63,489 nt of DNA from an uncultured Candidatus Planktophila sp. (GCA_964576165.1 CAZNUC010000001.1:1-63489), one strand, 5' to 3'. Shown: positions 51,091 through 60,044, numbered from the stretch's first letter. Program-made: numbers and translations. The notes: generated from the sequence alone by a model not told the origin.

Positions 51091-51563
51091 TATCTCTCCC
51101 CTATCAACTTAGATTTACCTGTAATGAAGACCAGGTGGAACTTTCCCACTTGGATCCGATCTCCACTGAATAACTTTCTACGTTCAATACTCTCTGAATT
51201 TACATATGTTCCGTTAAGACTTGATGAGTCGGTGATCTCAAAGAGGGACTCCCCCGAGAGAAACGAAATGACCGCGTGTTTACGGGATACCGTCACATCG
51301 TCGAGAAAGACTTCGCTCTCATGTGAACGACCTATTGTGCAGCCATCGGTCGTGATGAGATATCTCGACCCCTTAGCTGGTCCTCTATGAATGATGAGCA
51401 TCGCTTTATCCGGTGAACCATTGAGAATCTGGGCAACAGTCTCTTGCTCAGATTCTGTAATGGATTCTAAGAACTCCGATAGAAGCGGGGATGTCTTCTG
51501 ATCGGCAGGATTGCCACCCAGTCTGAGAGTCGTGGTCAACTCATTCTCGTTCTGAGAATTCAT
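51090..51563 (-). CDS. garA: FHA-domain protein (GarA/OdhI-like)
   Basis: IGRS.ESEVFLDDVTVSRKHA, SLNGTYVN, GDRIQVGKF; N-terminal ELTTT putative phosphosite. Confidence 0.8.
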   Translation of the reverse strand: MNSQNENELTTTLRLGGNPADQKTSPLLSEFLESITESEQETVAQILNGSPDKAMLIIHRGPAKGSRYLITTDGCTIGRSHESEVFLDDVTVSRKHAVISFLSGESLFEITDSSSLNGTYVNSESIERRKLFSGDRIQVGKFHLVFITGKSKLIGER

Positions 51564-51593
51564 CTGTCACCGCCTCTCGATCACAATATAAAG

Positions 51594-51610
51594 ATCAACT
51601 GGAGGCTGAC
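51594..51610. promoter_or_regulatory. Second putative MerR-family (FtsR-like) operator upstream of garA-ftsR operon
   Basis: ATCAACTGGAGGCTGAC, same spacing as 49800-49816. Confidence 0.45.
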
Positions 51611-51667
51611 ACTAGATTGAGTCGATAGATAAATCAAGCGCAGGATGAGCGCTGAAACAGATGAAAA

Positions 51668-52045
51668 CTACGCGGTGATTTGGCGATACTGCTCGGCTGT
51701 GAGGAGGGCGGTAGGGGTGTCGGTGACTTCGATCTCAGCCAACCAGCCCTGGCCATACGGATCGCTATTGAGTAGCTCGGGTGCTTGATTTAATCCATCA
51801 TTGACAGCGACGATCGTGCCACTGACTGGAGAGAATATTTCTGACACGCTCTTCGTTGATTCAACTTCGCCACACACTTTATCTGCAACGACAATGTCGC
51901 CAACCTTAGGAAGTTGCACGTAAACAATGTCACCGAGCGCTCCTTGAGCGAAGTCAGTGATGCCCATGCGGATGAGAGTGGGTGAACTTTCAGAGACCCA
52001 TTCATGCTCTTTTGTATATTTGAGTGAATCTGGAATCAACGACAT
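51668..52045 (-). CDS. gcvH: Glycine cleavage H protein
   Basis: YTKEHEW, GITDFAQ.ALGDIVYV, VESTKSVS lipoyl lysine, NSDPYGQGW. Confidence 0.98.
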   Translation of the reverse strand: MSLIPDSLKYTKEHEWVSESSPTLIRMGITDFAQGALGDIVYVQLPKVGDIVVADKVCGEVESTKSVSEIFSPVSGTIVAVNDGLNQAPELLNSDPYGQGWLAEIEVTDTPTALLTAEQYRQITA

Positions 52046-52077
52046 GTATCTCTCCCCCGATATTTATCTGCGCAGCG

Positions 52078-52650
52078 TCACACTCTAATAGTTTTGATGG
52101 CGGTGAGGAAGTATGAAACTCCCGTAGCCAGATAAAGAGCGACCCCCCACAAGGCAAAAGCCCACCCCAGAATAAAAGCCGCGGTTCCAATCCATGAGGT
52201 GTTTAACGCCAGCAATAGGAATGGAAAGGCGTAGAGGAGGTTGAAAGTTGCTGCCTTCCCCAAAAAGGTAACTGTGAGCGGAGGTTTCTTTGCTATCGCT
52301 AGAGCACCAGCGACCACGGCAAGAAGTGCATCTCGTGCAACGAGAACTAGCACCAACCACAGTGGAATCGCATCTCGCATCACTAAGACAATAAGAGTAG
52401 AGACGATGTAGAGGCGGTCAATCGTCGGATCCATGATTTCGCCTAGTTTGGACTCCTGCCCGAGCGCTCTGGCCAACTTTCCATCAAAGTAGTCAGTGGC
52501 ACCGCCTACTGCCAACACCACAATCGCCCAGACATCGGCCTCGTGAACAAGAGCAAGATAGATAAAGAGCGGAATACCAAGTGCTCGCAACGCCGTGAGC
52601 GCATTCGGCCAGGTCAGAATTGGAGGCCGTGAGGCGGATGCTGTCATCAC
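52078..52650 (-). CDS. CDP-alcohol phosphatidyltransferase (PgsA2-like)
   Basis: PNALTALR, TDYFDGKLAR...S.LG..MDP..D. Confidence 0.92.
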   Translation of the reverse strand: MMTASASRPPILTWPNALTALRALGIPLFIYLALVHEADVWAIVVLAVGGATDYFDGKLARALGQESKLGEIMDPTIDRLYIVSTLIVLVMRDAIPLWLVLVLVARDALLAVVAGALAIAKKPPLTVTFLGKAATFNLLYAFPFLLLALNTSWIGTAAFILGWAFALWGVALYLATGVSYFLTAIKTIRV

Positions 52651-52651
52651 A

Positions 52652-54622
52652 TTAACTCTGTTCTTTATCGCGCTCTTTGACGCGAATCGCTACTTGAACA
52701 GGGGTCCCCGGGAATCCAAACTCTTCTCGCAAGCGACGTTCGATAAAGCGACGATACGATGCCTCAATCCAGCCACTTGAAAAGATAACAAATTTTGGCG
52801 GCGAGATTCCTGCCTGAGTAGCGTAGTAAATCTTTGGTTGCTTTCCACCACGTACTGGTGGAGGCGTCGCTCCAATCAATGCGCCAAGGAATGAATTCAA
52901 CTTTGACGTTGGTACACGTCGCTCCCATGAGTCAAGTGCGGTACGAAGGGCGGGTGCGAGGCGATCACGATGCCATCCTGTCTTTGCTGCAACGTTGACG
53001 CGTTGGGCCCATTCGACCTGATCTAAATGGCGATCAATCTCTCTATCTAATTGATCACGACGATCTTCATCAACCAGATCCCACTTATTCATCACCAAGA
53101 CGAGTGCTTTACCAGCCTCTTCAACCATTGTGATTACACGTAAATCTTGTTCTGAAATGGGCTGAGATGCATCTAGTACTACAACTGCACACTCGCATCG
53201 CTCGAGTGCTGCTTGGGTACGCAGCGTTGCGTAGTAGTCGGTGCCACTGGCTTGATTTGCTCGCTTCTTCAATCCTGCAGTATCAACAAATCTCCAAATT
53301 GATCCTCCGAAATCAATAAGTGAATCGACTGGATCGCGTGTAGTGCCTGCAACATCATCAACGATTGATAACGCCTCCCCAGCGAGTGCGTTGAGAAGAC
53401 TCGATTTACCAACATTAGGACGTCCGATCAATGCAATACGACGATAACCATCTTGTGATTGCGCTCCTCCTACTTCAGGTAGTTGCCTGACAATTAAATC
53501 TAATAGATCGCCGCTACCACGACCATGAAGAGCGGAGACAAAACATGGCTGCCCAAGACCTAAATTCCATAGCGCGTGAGCGTCCGATTCATCCGAATCC
53601 CCATCAACTTTATTTGCAACCAAAATCGTTGGTTTCTTTGCCTTGCGAAGTTCTTGCACGAGAATGTCGTCTTCATCAAGTGCTCCTACATGAGCATCAA
53701 CAACGAATGCGAGAACATCTGCTTCTTTCATTGCCAGTTCTGCGCCCGCCGATACCTGTACTGAAATACCGTCGGGTTTTGACTCCCATCCCCCGGTATC
53801 CATAATGATAAATCTGCGACCGTTCCATTCGCACTCGTACTGGACTCGGTCACGAGTAACTCCGGGAGTATCTTCGACAATCGCTTCGCGACGACCAAGA
53901 AAGCGATTAATGAGTGTTGATTTTCCAACATTCGGGCGACCTAAGATAGCCACGATCGGTAGCCCTAGCAGGTTTCGCTCCTTAAGAAGTTCCCAGATAC
54001 GTTCAATAGTTTCTTCAAGATTGAGTGTTGTTGAATCGACTATCACCGCATCACTTGCAGCGCTCAACGGAGATACCGCTCTCGTCGAATCAACGTGATC
54101 TCGTTCGCTTAATGACTTACCTACAACTTCACTGCCGTGTTCTGAACCGAGCTCGGCATCACGACGTTGCGCTCTCGCTTGAAGATCTGCAGTAAGAAAA
54201 ACTTTCATCGCGGCCTTTGGTGCGACAACAGTTCCGATATCGCGACCTTCAACAACTATGCCGCGATCAGCTTTATTAATAATTGCGCGCTGCAAGGTAA
54301 GAAGTTCAGTCCGGATTTGCGGAATGGCACTGATGGTGCTGACCGCAGCAGTCACGCGTTCAGTCCGAATCTCTTGCGTTACATCGGTATCGCCGCAAAA
54401 GATCTGAGGGTTCTTTGGGTTGGAAATGAACCTAATCGGCGAGGTCTTCAACCCTTGAAGAATGACTGAAGGTACTTGTGAATCCAAAGAGAGTGATAAC
54501 CACGTGACCGCTCTATAGAGCGCGCCAGTATCGAGATAATTCCAGCCCGCCCTTGCAGCGATTTCTCTGGAGGTACTTGATTTTCCTGCGCCACTTGGAC
54601 CATCTATTGCAATGACGATCAT
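52652..54622 (-). CDS. der: Fusion: cytidylate kinase plus ribosome biogenesis GTPase Der
   Basis: [26 protein letters not shown] (Cmk) then two GRPNVGKS G-domains and KH-like C-terminus. Confidence 0.96.
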   Translation of the reverse strand: MIVIAIDGPSGAGKSSTSREIAARAGWNYLDTGALYRAVTWLSLSLDSQVPSVILQGLKTSPIRFISNPKNPQIFCGDTDVTQEIRTERVTAAVSTISAIPQIRTELLTLQRAIINKADRGIVVEGRDIGTVVAPKAAMKVFLTADLQARAQRRDAELGSEHGSEVVGKSLSERDHVDSTRAVSPLSAASDAVIVDSTTLNLEETIERIWELLKERNLLGLPIVAILGRPNVGKSTLINRFLGRREAIVEDTPGVTRDRVQYECEWNGRRFIIMDTGGWESKPDGISVQVSAGAELAMKEADVLAFVVDAHVGALDEDDILVQELRKAKKPTILVANKVDGDSDESDAHALWNLGLGQPCFVSALHGRGSGDLLDLIVRQLPEVGGAQSQDGYRRIALIGRPNVGKSSLLNALAGEALSIVDDVAGTTRDPVDSLIDFGGSIWRFVDTAGLKKRANQASGTDYYATLRTQAALERCECAVVVLDASQPISEQDLRVITMVEEAGKALVLVMNKWDLVDEDRRDQLDREIDRHLDQVEWAQRVNVAAKTGWHRDRLAPALRTALDSWERRVPTSKLNSFLGALIGATPPPVRGGKQPKIYYATQAGISPPKFVIFSSGWIEASYRRFIERRLREEFGFPGTPVQVAIRVKERDKEQS

Positions 54623-54687
54623 CTAGGAGCTCTCTTCATTAATAATCACGAAAATCATCGGGCGCACACTTGTGTATCGCACTTATT

Positions 54688-55767
54688 CTACCGAGAAGGA
54701 TGAACCTTCCATCCCTCATGATGAAGATGCGCCATCACAGATGGACCATCGCTGGGTAGAAATGAGAGAGTAATCAGACCGGTATCTTGACCTGGCGTGT
54801 GCTCGATGAGTAGATCTTCAATGTTCACCTCGATCTGGGCACACGATTCAATAATTGCTGCGAGCTGACCCGGTTTATCATCAATAACAATGGTGACGTT
54901 GAAGTATTCCCGTGGTTGCCCACCATGCTTACCTGGGATACGAGCCCTCCCTTGACCTCCACCGGCAATAAAGGCTTGAGCGCTCTCACTCTCGTCGAGA
55001 CCTTCCAAGAGTGAAGCGAGATCGTTTTGTAGACTTATCAATAATGGCCTAATCGCGTGGGCATTTCCGGCAATAATCTGCCCCCATAACTCTGGATCTG
55101 AATCTGCCAACCGAGTGGTATCGCGCAAACCTGCGCCAGCAAGCTCAAGGTCTGAACTATCTGCCGATGCAAGCGATCTGGCCAAGAGCGAAGCCACAAT
55201 TTGGGGAAGATGGCTGACCTGAGCCACCGCCCTGTCATGATCGAAAGCGCTTCGGCTCATCCGCACACCACCGCAGATGGCAATCACCTCCTCCACGTGA
55301 GAAAGAAGGTCTTCATCCACCCCTTCTCGAACCAGAACCCAAGGTCTGCCTGTAAAGAGATCTCCTCGCGCTGACTCTGGTCCGCTCACTTCTCGTCCGG
55401 CCATCGGATGGGTTGGCGCAAATCGTGAAAGCGAGAGCGCACTTTTTGATACATCAAGTAGAGGTTTAGTCTTAATGCTCGATATATCCATAACTCTCAA
55501 CTCAGGGTTGCGTTGAATTTCGGCGGCTATGACCTGGCTAAGAGCATCTGGCGGCGTTGCGATGATGCAGAGGTCTTCGACTTCTGAAACATCTCTTGTG
55601 TTATCCCCAACCTTGCTATCCCCAAGCAAGTCGCGCGCCAAACTCTGTGCTCGTGGGTCTGAATCCGCCATGGAGATATGAATCCCCGCGGATTTGAGCG
55701 CCAGAGCGATCGACGTTCCGATCAAGCCAGCACCAACTATGCGTACACGCGAGAGTTTCGGGGTCAT
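54688..55767 (-). CDS. tyrA: Prephenate dehydrogenase with C-terminal ACT domain
   Basis: GAGLIGTS, HPMAGRE, SHLPQ, GLRDTTRLA, DDKPGQL; start uncertain (55767 or 55791). Confidence 0.92.
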   Translation of the reverse strand: MTPKLSRVRIVGAGLIGTSIALALKSAGIHISMADSDPRAQSLARDLLGDSKVGDNTRDVSEVEDLCIIATPPDALSQVIAAEIQRNPELRVMDISSIKTKPLLDVSKSALSLSRFAPTHPMAGREVSGPESARGDLFTGRPWVLVREGVDEDLLSHVEEVIAICGGVRMSRSAFDHDRAVAQVSHLPQIVASLLARSLASADSSDLELAGAGLRDTTRLADSDPELWGQIIAGNAHAIRPLLISLQNDLASLLEGLDESESAQAFIAGGGQGRARIPGKHGGQPREYFNVTIVIDDKPGQLAAIIESCAQIEVNIEDLLIEHTPGQDTGLITLSFLPSDGPSVMAHLHHEGWKVHPSR

Positions 55768-55794
55768 TTGTGGGCCACTTTTCTCCGCCAATTC

Positions 55795-56160
55795 TTACTG
55801 AGCGATATCTCTTCGCAGTGCGCTGGCACCGTGAAGGTAGATATGGGAAATCTCGTTGAGTCCACGCTGGGTATTGCAGTGGGCCATTACGCGTAAGACT
55901 CGCGGAAGAGCCCCCGGAACATCAATTTCCACCGCGCAGATGAGCGGGACAGATTCAAAGCCCACTTCTCGAGCATAGGCTGCTGGAAAAGCCGCGTTGA
56001 GATCTGGGGTAACGGTAAGGATGACCGAGATGATCTCCTGTGGAGTTAGTTCATTTGCTGAGAGCATTGCAAGAAGGAGCTCTTTTGTGGCAGCGCCCAT
56101 CGCTTCGGCGGTGTTGGCTTCTACCTGTGTGGCACCACGAATGGCACGAACCTGGCTCAT
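55795..56160 (-). CDS. aroH: Chorismate mutase, AroH class
   Basis: VRAIRGAT, T.DLNAAFPA, E..VPG.LPR..R, YL.GA..LR.D. Confidence 0.95.
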   Translation of the reverse strand: MSQVRAIRGATQVEANTAEAMGAATKELLLAMLSANELTPQEIISVILTVTPDLNAAFPAAYAREVGFESVPLICAVEIDVPGALPRVLRVMAHCNTQRGLNEISHIYLHGASALRRDIAQ

Positions 56161-56212
56161 GAGATAAGGATAACCCCTGACGATAGATCGCGGCGGATCT
56201 CTGTATACGTGT

Positions 56213-56441
56213 TTATCGATAAGTAAATAGGTGGCTTAAAAGGTATTGCTCAACGGCCTCATCGCCATGACGCCTCCACTGCCCAATGCGATGTCCGAGA
56301 GAAATATCGATAAATGTGTTTTTCTTTAAAAAAACACGCTTCTTGTATTGTCGATATTGTCGATAAAACAATTATTAGCGACTCATTGGATTTATTATTA
56401 ATATATCTATAAATAGTTTTATTGCCTTAAAATCTATAAAT
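56213..56441. repeat. AT-rich intergenic island with iterated TRTCGATAA-like boxes
   Basis: TTATCGATAA 56213-22, ATATCGATAA 56304-13, tandem ATTGTCGAT x2 56347-64, ATCTATAAAT x2 (56405-14, 56432-41), hairpin GTGTTTTT/AAAAACAC 56316-37. Confidence 0.7.
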
Positions 56442-57172
56442 CAATTTATATGTAAAGCGCTTCGTAGATTTGCCAATTCACCGTCATTGAGATCTCGCCA
56501 TCGACCAGCAGGCGTATCCCCCAAGCTGATGGGACCAAAGTTGGTGCGGATCAGGCGGACCAGGCGGAGATCAACTGCCTCCATCAAGCGGCGAATGATG
56601 TGATATCGACCTTCGTGGATGCTGACTTCGATCCACTGTGGAGAGAGATGTTTGAATGAGAGAACCCGACCCATTCCATCCTCGAGTTCGATCCCCTTCA
56701 ATAAGATTTTATCGACACCCGGCGGCAATTGACCTTCAAACTCGATCAGGTAGCTCTTGACTAGACCATAGGAAGGATGGGTCGCTCGGAAGGTCAAATC
56801 TCCATCATTTGTGAGAAGAATTAACCCTTCAGAATCCTTATCCAAGCGCCCTACGTGAAAGAGTCTCTCTTTACGGAAGTCTAGGAAATCAGCTAGCGAT
56901 GGGCGGCCTTCTGGGTCAAACATCGTAGACAGAACACCTTTTGGTTTATGAAGTACTAAATAAGACTTAGTCAATATTGCAGTAATTGTCTCACCATCAA
57001 CCTCGACTTTGACCTTATTTGGGTCAAACTTAGCTCCTAGCTCTCTGATGATGTGGCCATCGACGCTGACTCGTCCATCCATGATGAGTTCGTCGGCACC
57101 ACGGCGGGATGTGACCCCGGCGTCGGCGATGATTTTGTTCAGGCGAAGTAGATTCATGTGTAGGCTATCCAT
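56441..57172 (-). CDS. rluB: rRNA pseudouridine synthase (RluB/RsuA family)
   Basis: S4 domain RLNKIIA.AGV.SRR, HVGRLDKDSEGL, HEGR; follows scpB. Confidence 0.9.
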   Translation of the reverse strand: MDSLHMNLLRLNKIIADAGVTSRRGADELIMDGRVSVDGHIIRELGAKFDPNKVKVEVDGETITAILTKSYLVLHKPKGVLSTMFDPEGRPSLADFLDFRKERLFHVGRLDKDSEGLILLTNDGDLTFRATHPSYGLVKSYLIEFEGQLPPGVDKILLKGIELEDGMGRVLSFKHLSPQWIEVSIHEGRYHIIRRLMEAVDLRLVRLIRTNFGPISLGDTPAGRWRDLNDGELANLRSALHIN

Positions 57173-57180
57173 TCTCGACA

Positions 57181-57248
57181 GTCTTGGTATTGCTGCGCCG
57201 AAAGGCGCGGGCCGATTTTACCGCGAGCCAGGGTGGTAAAGCAAAGAC
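57181..57248 (+). ncRNA. Candidate structured RNA element (two hairpins closed by a basal stem)
   Basis: CTGCGCC-GAAA-GGCGCGG and TTTACCGC-N8-GTGGTAAA inside GTCTT/AAGAC; GNRA loop and G-U pairs favour the + strand. Confidence 0.35.
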
Positions 57249-57252
57249 AGTT

Positions 57253-57804
57253 TTACTCGGTCAAGCTCTCGAGAATCTCATCGAGACCATCTAGATCAGG
57301 CAGATGCGGGGCTAGTGGCGAGAGGTCTTCCAGTGATTTAAGACCTAAACGCTCGAGGAAGTAGCTGGTGGTCTTGTACAAGATCGCACCAGTCTCGTTC
57401 TCTACGCCGTACTCCTCAACCAGGCCGCGATTGACGAGGGTCTTCATCACCGCTTCCACGTTGACCCCACGAATGGCCGAGACTCGCGCCCTTGAAACAG
57501 GCTGGCGGTAGGCAATCACAGCTAGGGTCTCGAGAGCAGCCTGGGTAAGGCGATTCTGCTGACCATCAAGGACAAATTTCTCGACTGCCTGAGCGTAATC
57601 CGGGTGGCTATAGAAGCGCCATCCCCCATTGATCGCCTTGAGCGTGAAGCCACGATCGTCATATGAGAGGGCGAGGCGATTAAGCGATTCCACGACCACG
57701 TCGACTGTGACCTCGAGAACGGTCGCTAAGGTGAGCTCAGTAACAGGCTCATCCACGACCATCAAGATGGCTTCGATCGATCTATCAACTTCTGCATTAG
57801 ACAT
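57253..57804 (-). CDS. scpB: SMC-Scp complex subunit ScpB
   Basis: IEAIL, LTQAALETLAVIAYRQPVSRA, IRGVN, Y.TT..FL..LGL.SL..L. Confidence 0.96.
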   Translation of the reverse strand: MSNAEVDRSIEAILMVVDEPVTELTLATVLEVTVDVVVESLNRLALSYDDRGFTLKAINGGWRFYSHPDYAQAVEKFVLDGQQNRLTQAALETLAVIAYRQPVSRARVSAIRGVNVEAVMKTLVNRGLVEEYGVENETGAILYKTTSYFLERLGLKSLEDLSPLAPHLPDLDGLDEILESLTE

Positions 57805-58660
57805 TATTGCCCTCATTTGTCTCGTCAATCAGCACTACTGGAATATCAAATTCGTCGGTAATCTCGACCTCACCAGATTCAGAGCCGGTCCAGCTGATCT
57901 GGAGTTCACCAAGAGCGATGACCTGGTTAAATCTAAGGTTGCCTTGACGGTACAGGTCGAGGAGGGCAAGAAATCGGGCGACCACGACCAGCGTGGATTC
58001 AGCGCCCACGCAGAGGCTTCGAAAACTCATGGTTTTGGAGAGGCGTAGAGCCTCAACTACAAGCTTAGATTGCTCGCTGACGCTCACTAGCGGTGTGTGG
58101 AGGTGCTCAATAGCCACGATCGGCGGGGTTTTCGGGGTCAAGACCCGCTCAGCGATGGCAGCGAAACGTTCCGCGCCTACCCCGATCAGCACCTCAGGGA
58201 GAAGGGCTGCCAAAGCGGGATCCAAAGCGACTACGCGAGGGAAGGATTTATCGGCCAATTCGATCATCTCTTGGAATGAAGAGGCGATCTCTTTAAAGGC
58301 TCTGTACTGCAAGAGACGGGCGAAGAGGATATCGCGAGCCTCAAGCAGGGCCAGATCCTCTTCATCCTCGACCTCACCGCTTGGAAGCAATCGAGCAGCC
58401 TTGAGATCAAGCAAGGTTGCAGCTACAACAAGAAACTCGGTGGCTTGATCTAACTGCCACCCCTCGCCGGAGATCTCTAAAGCACGGATGTAGGCGATGA
58501 ATTCGTCGGTGACAAGGCTGAGCGAGACTTCGGTGACATCTAGCTTGTGGCGCGAGATCAGTTGCAGTAGCAGGTCAAAGGGGCCGTCAAAGTTTGAAAG
58601 GTGGACGTTAAAGCCGCTCTCAGGAGCAATCTGCTCAGCAGTTTCTACGGAAATATCCAC
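57797..58660 (-). CDS. scpA: Kleisin ScpA
   Basis: FDGPFDLLLQLI, EFLVVAATLLDLKAARLLP, VVARFLALLDL. Confidence 0.96.
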   Translation of the reverse strand: MDISVETAEQIAPESGFNVHLSNFDGPFDLLLQLISRHKLDVTEVSLSLVTDEFIAYIRALEISGEGWQLDQATEFLVVAATLLDLKAARLLPSGEVEDEEDLALLEARDILFARLLQYRAFKEIASSFQEMIELADKSFPRVVALDPALAALLPEVLIGVGAERFAAIAERVLTPKTPPIVAIEHLHTPLVSVSEQSKLVVEALRLSKTMSFRSLCVGAESTLVVVARFLALLDLYRQGNLRFNQVIALGELQISWTGSESGEVEITDEFDIPVVLIDETNEGNNV

Positions 58661-58749
58661 GGGTGCACGATACTTGTTTTTCTCACACCATACTTGCTGT
58701 TACACCGCCTTCACGCGTAGAGTCGCCTTGGAAGAAAGAGGTTTCTCGA

Positions 58750-59634
58750 TTGAGCGCTATATCGACAAAAGATGATGATGTGGTAACCACGGCTAGCCTT
58801 ACAGGGGCCAAGGTGGCGCAATTTCCCAATCCGGCACCGCTGGAAGATCATGGCAACGCCCGCATCATCTCGATCTTCAATCAGAAAGGTGGCGTTGGTA
58901 AGACAACTACGACTATCAACCTCGGTGCAGCGCTGGCAGAACTTGGTCGACGCGTACTTCTCGTGGACTTTGATCCTCAAGGTGGTCTCTCGCTTGGTCT
59001 TGGTGTGAACGCTCATGCACTTCCATTAGAGAACACTGTCTATCACGCTCTAATGGATCCAGCCGCTGATATTCAGCAGATCGTTTTGAAATCTTCCGTC
59101 GCCAATCTTGATTTCTTACCCGCAAGCCGCGATCTCGGCGCTGCTGAGTCCAAGTTGCCCTCTGAAATCGGAGGACAACAATTTCTTAAGCGTGCATTAG
59201 CAACGCTTACCGATGATTACGATGTGATTCTCATTGACTGCCAACCAACGATGGGTCAGTTAACAGTCAACGCACTTGTCGCATCACATGAAGTGATCGT
59301 TCCGTTGCAATGTGAGTACTTTGCACTTCACGGTTTTATTGAATTGAGTGGAAATATCGAAAAAGTAAAGACGTTCCTCAATCCAGACTTAAAACTGATT
59401 GGAATTCTCGCGACAATGTATGACCGCAAAACACTGCACAATCGCGAAGTATTGAGCGCAATTCTCGAAAAATATCCTAATGATGTCTTTGATACGATCA
59501 TTGCCAAAACTATTCGTTTCTCAGAGACAACAGTTGTCGGTGAACCAATCACCAGTTATGCATCATCTTCAGGAGGCGCTGCGTCATACCGACGTCTTGC
59601 GCGAGAACTAATTGCACGAGGAGGAGCACGATGA
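58750..59634 (+). CDS. ParA/Soj-family ATPase (Rv1708/SCO1772/PldP-like)
   Basis: NQKGGVGKTTT deviant Walker A, DFDPQG, IDCQP, VPLQCEYFAL; TTG start after GAGG. Confidence 0.92.
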   Translation: MSAISTKDDDVVTTASLTGAKVAQFPNPAPLEDHGNARIISIFNQKGGVGKTTTTINLGAALAELGRRVLLVDFDPQGGLSLGLGVNAHALPLENTVYHALMDPAADIQQIVLKSSVANLDFLPASRDLGAAESKLPSEIGGQQFLKRALATLTDDYDVILIDCQPTMGQLTVNALVASHEVIVPLQCEYFALHGFIELSGNIEKVKTFLNPDLKLIGILATMYDRKTLHNREVLSAILEKYPNDVFDTIIAKTIRFSETTVVGEPITSYASSSGGAASYRRLARELIARGGAR

Positions 59635-60044
59635 CACGTAGAGCCAGCTTGCCGGGGGCTGATGAACTTTTTAAGCAGAATAGCCCAGCGCTTAGCGCAG
59701 TCCGTGAAGTTCCTAATGAGGCACCTGCCACGACGACTCCCCCAACGTCAAGCACTGCTTCTTCCCCGAAAGCAAAAAAGGGTGTTCGATCAATCCCACG
59801 CCGTCGAGTTGTTAGTGTTGATAAATCTCCATCAGGTCGTGAACGTCATGATGAAAAGATCACTGTCTATCTCTCTCCAGATGAACTCTTTGATCTCGAT
59901 CAAGCACGTCTCTCACTTCGCGGTGACTTGGGGCTTGCAGTAGATCGTGGACGCATTGTTCGCGAATCAATCGCCGTCATCATCGCTGACTTAGAACAAA
60001 AAGGTGATCAGAGCATTCTTGCTCGCCGCCTCCGCGGTATCTAA
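59631..60044 (+). CDS. Conserved ParA-coupled protein (SCO1771-like), predicted C-terminal ribbon-helix-helix
   Basis: ATGA coupling to parA; RRASLPGADELF N-terminus, low-complexity linker, EKITVYLS strand then two amphipathic helices (VDRGRIVRESI). Confidence 0.8.
   Translation: MTRRASLPGADELFKQNSPALSAVREVPNEAPATTTPPTSSTASSPKAKKGVRSIPRRRVVSVDKSPSGRERHDEKITVYLSPDELFDLDQARLSLRGDLGLAVDRGRIVRESIAVIIADLEQKGDQSILARRLRGI

Noticed and set aside
56161-56450. AT-rich island as the main oriC
   Set aside because: No dnaA/dnaN, no canonical TTATCCACA boxes, genes do not diverge from it and a dif-like site lies 10 kb away; kept only as an unexplained cis element
57629-58775. Several 90-150 aa + strand ORFs over scpB/scpA
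   Set aside because: Antisense shadows favoured by locally high GC
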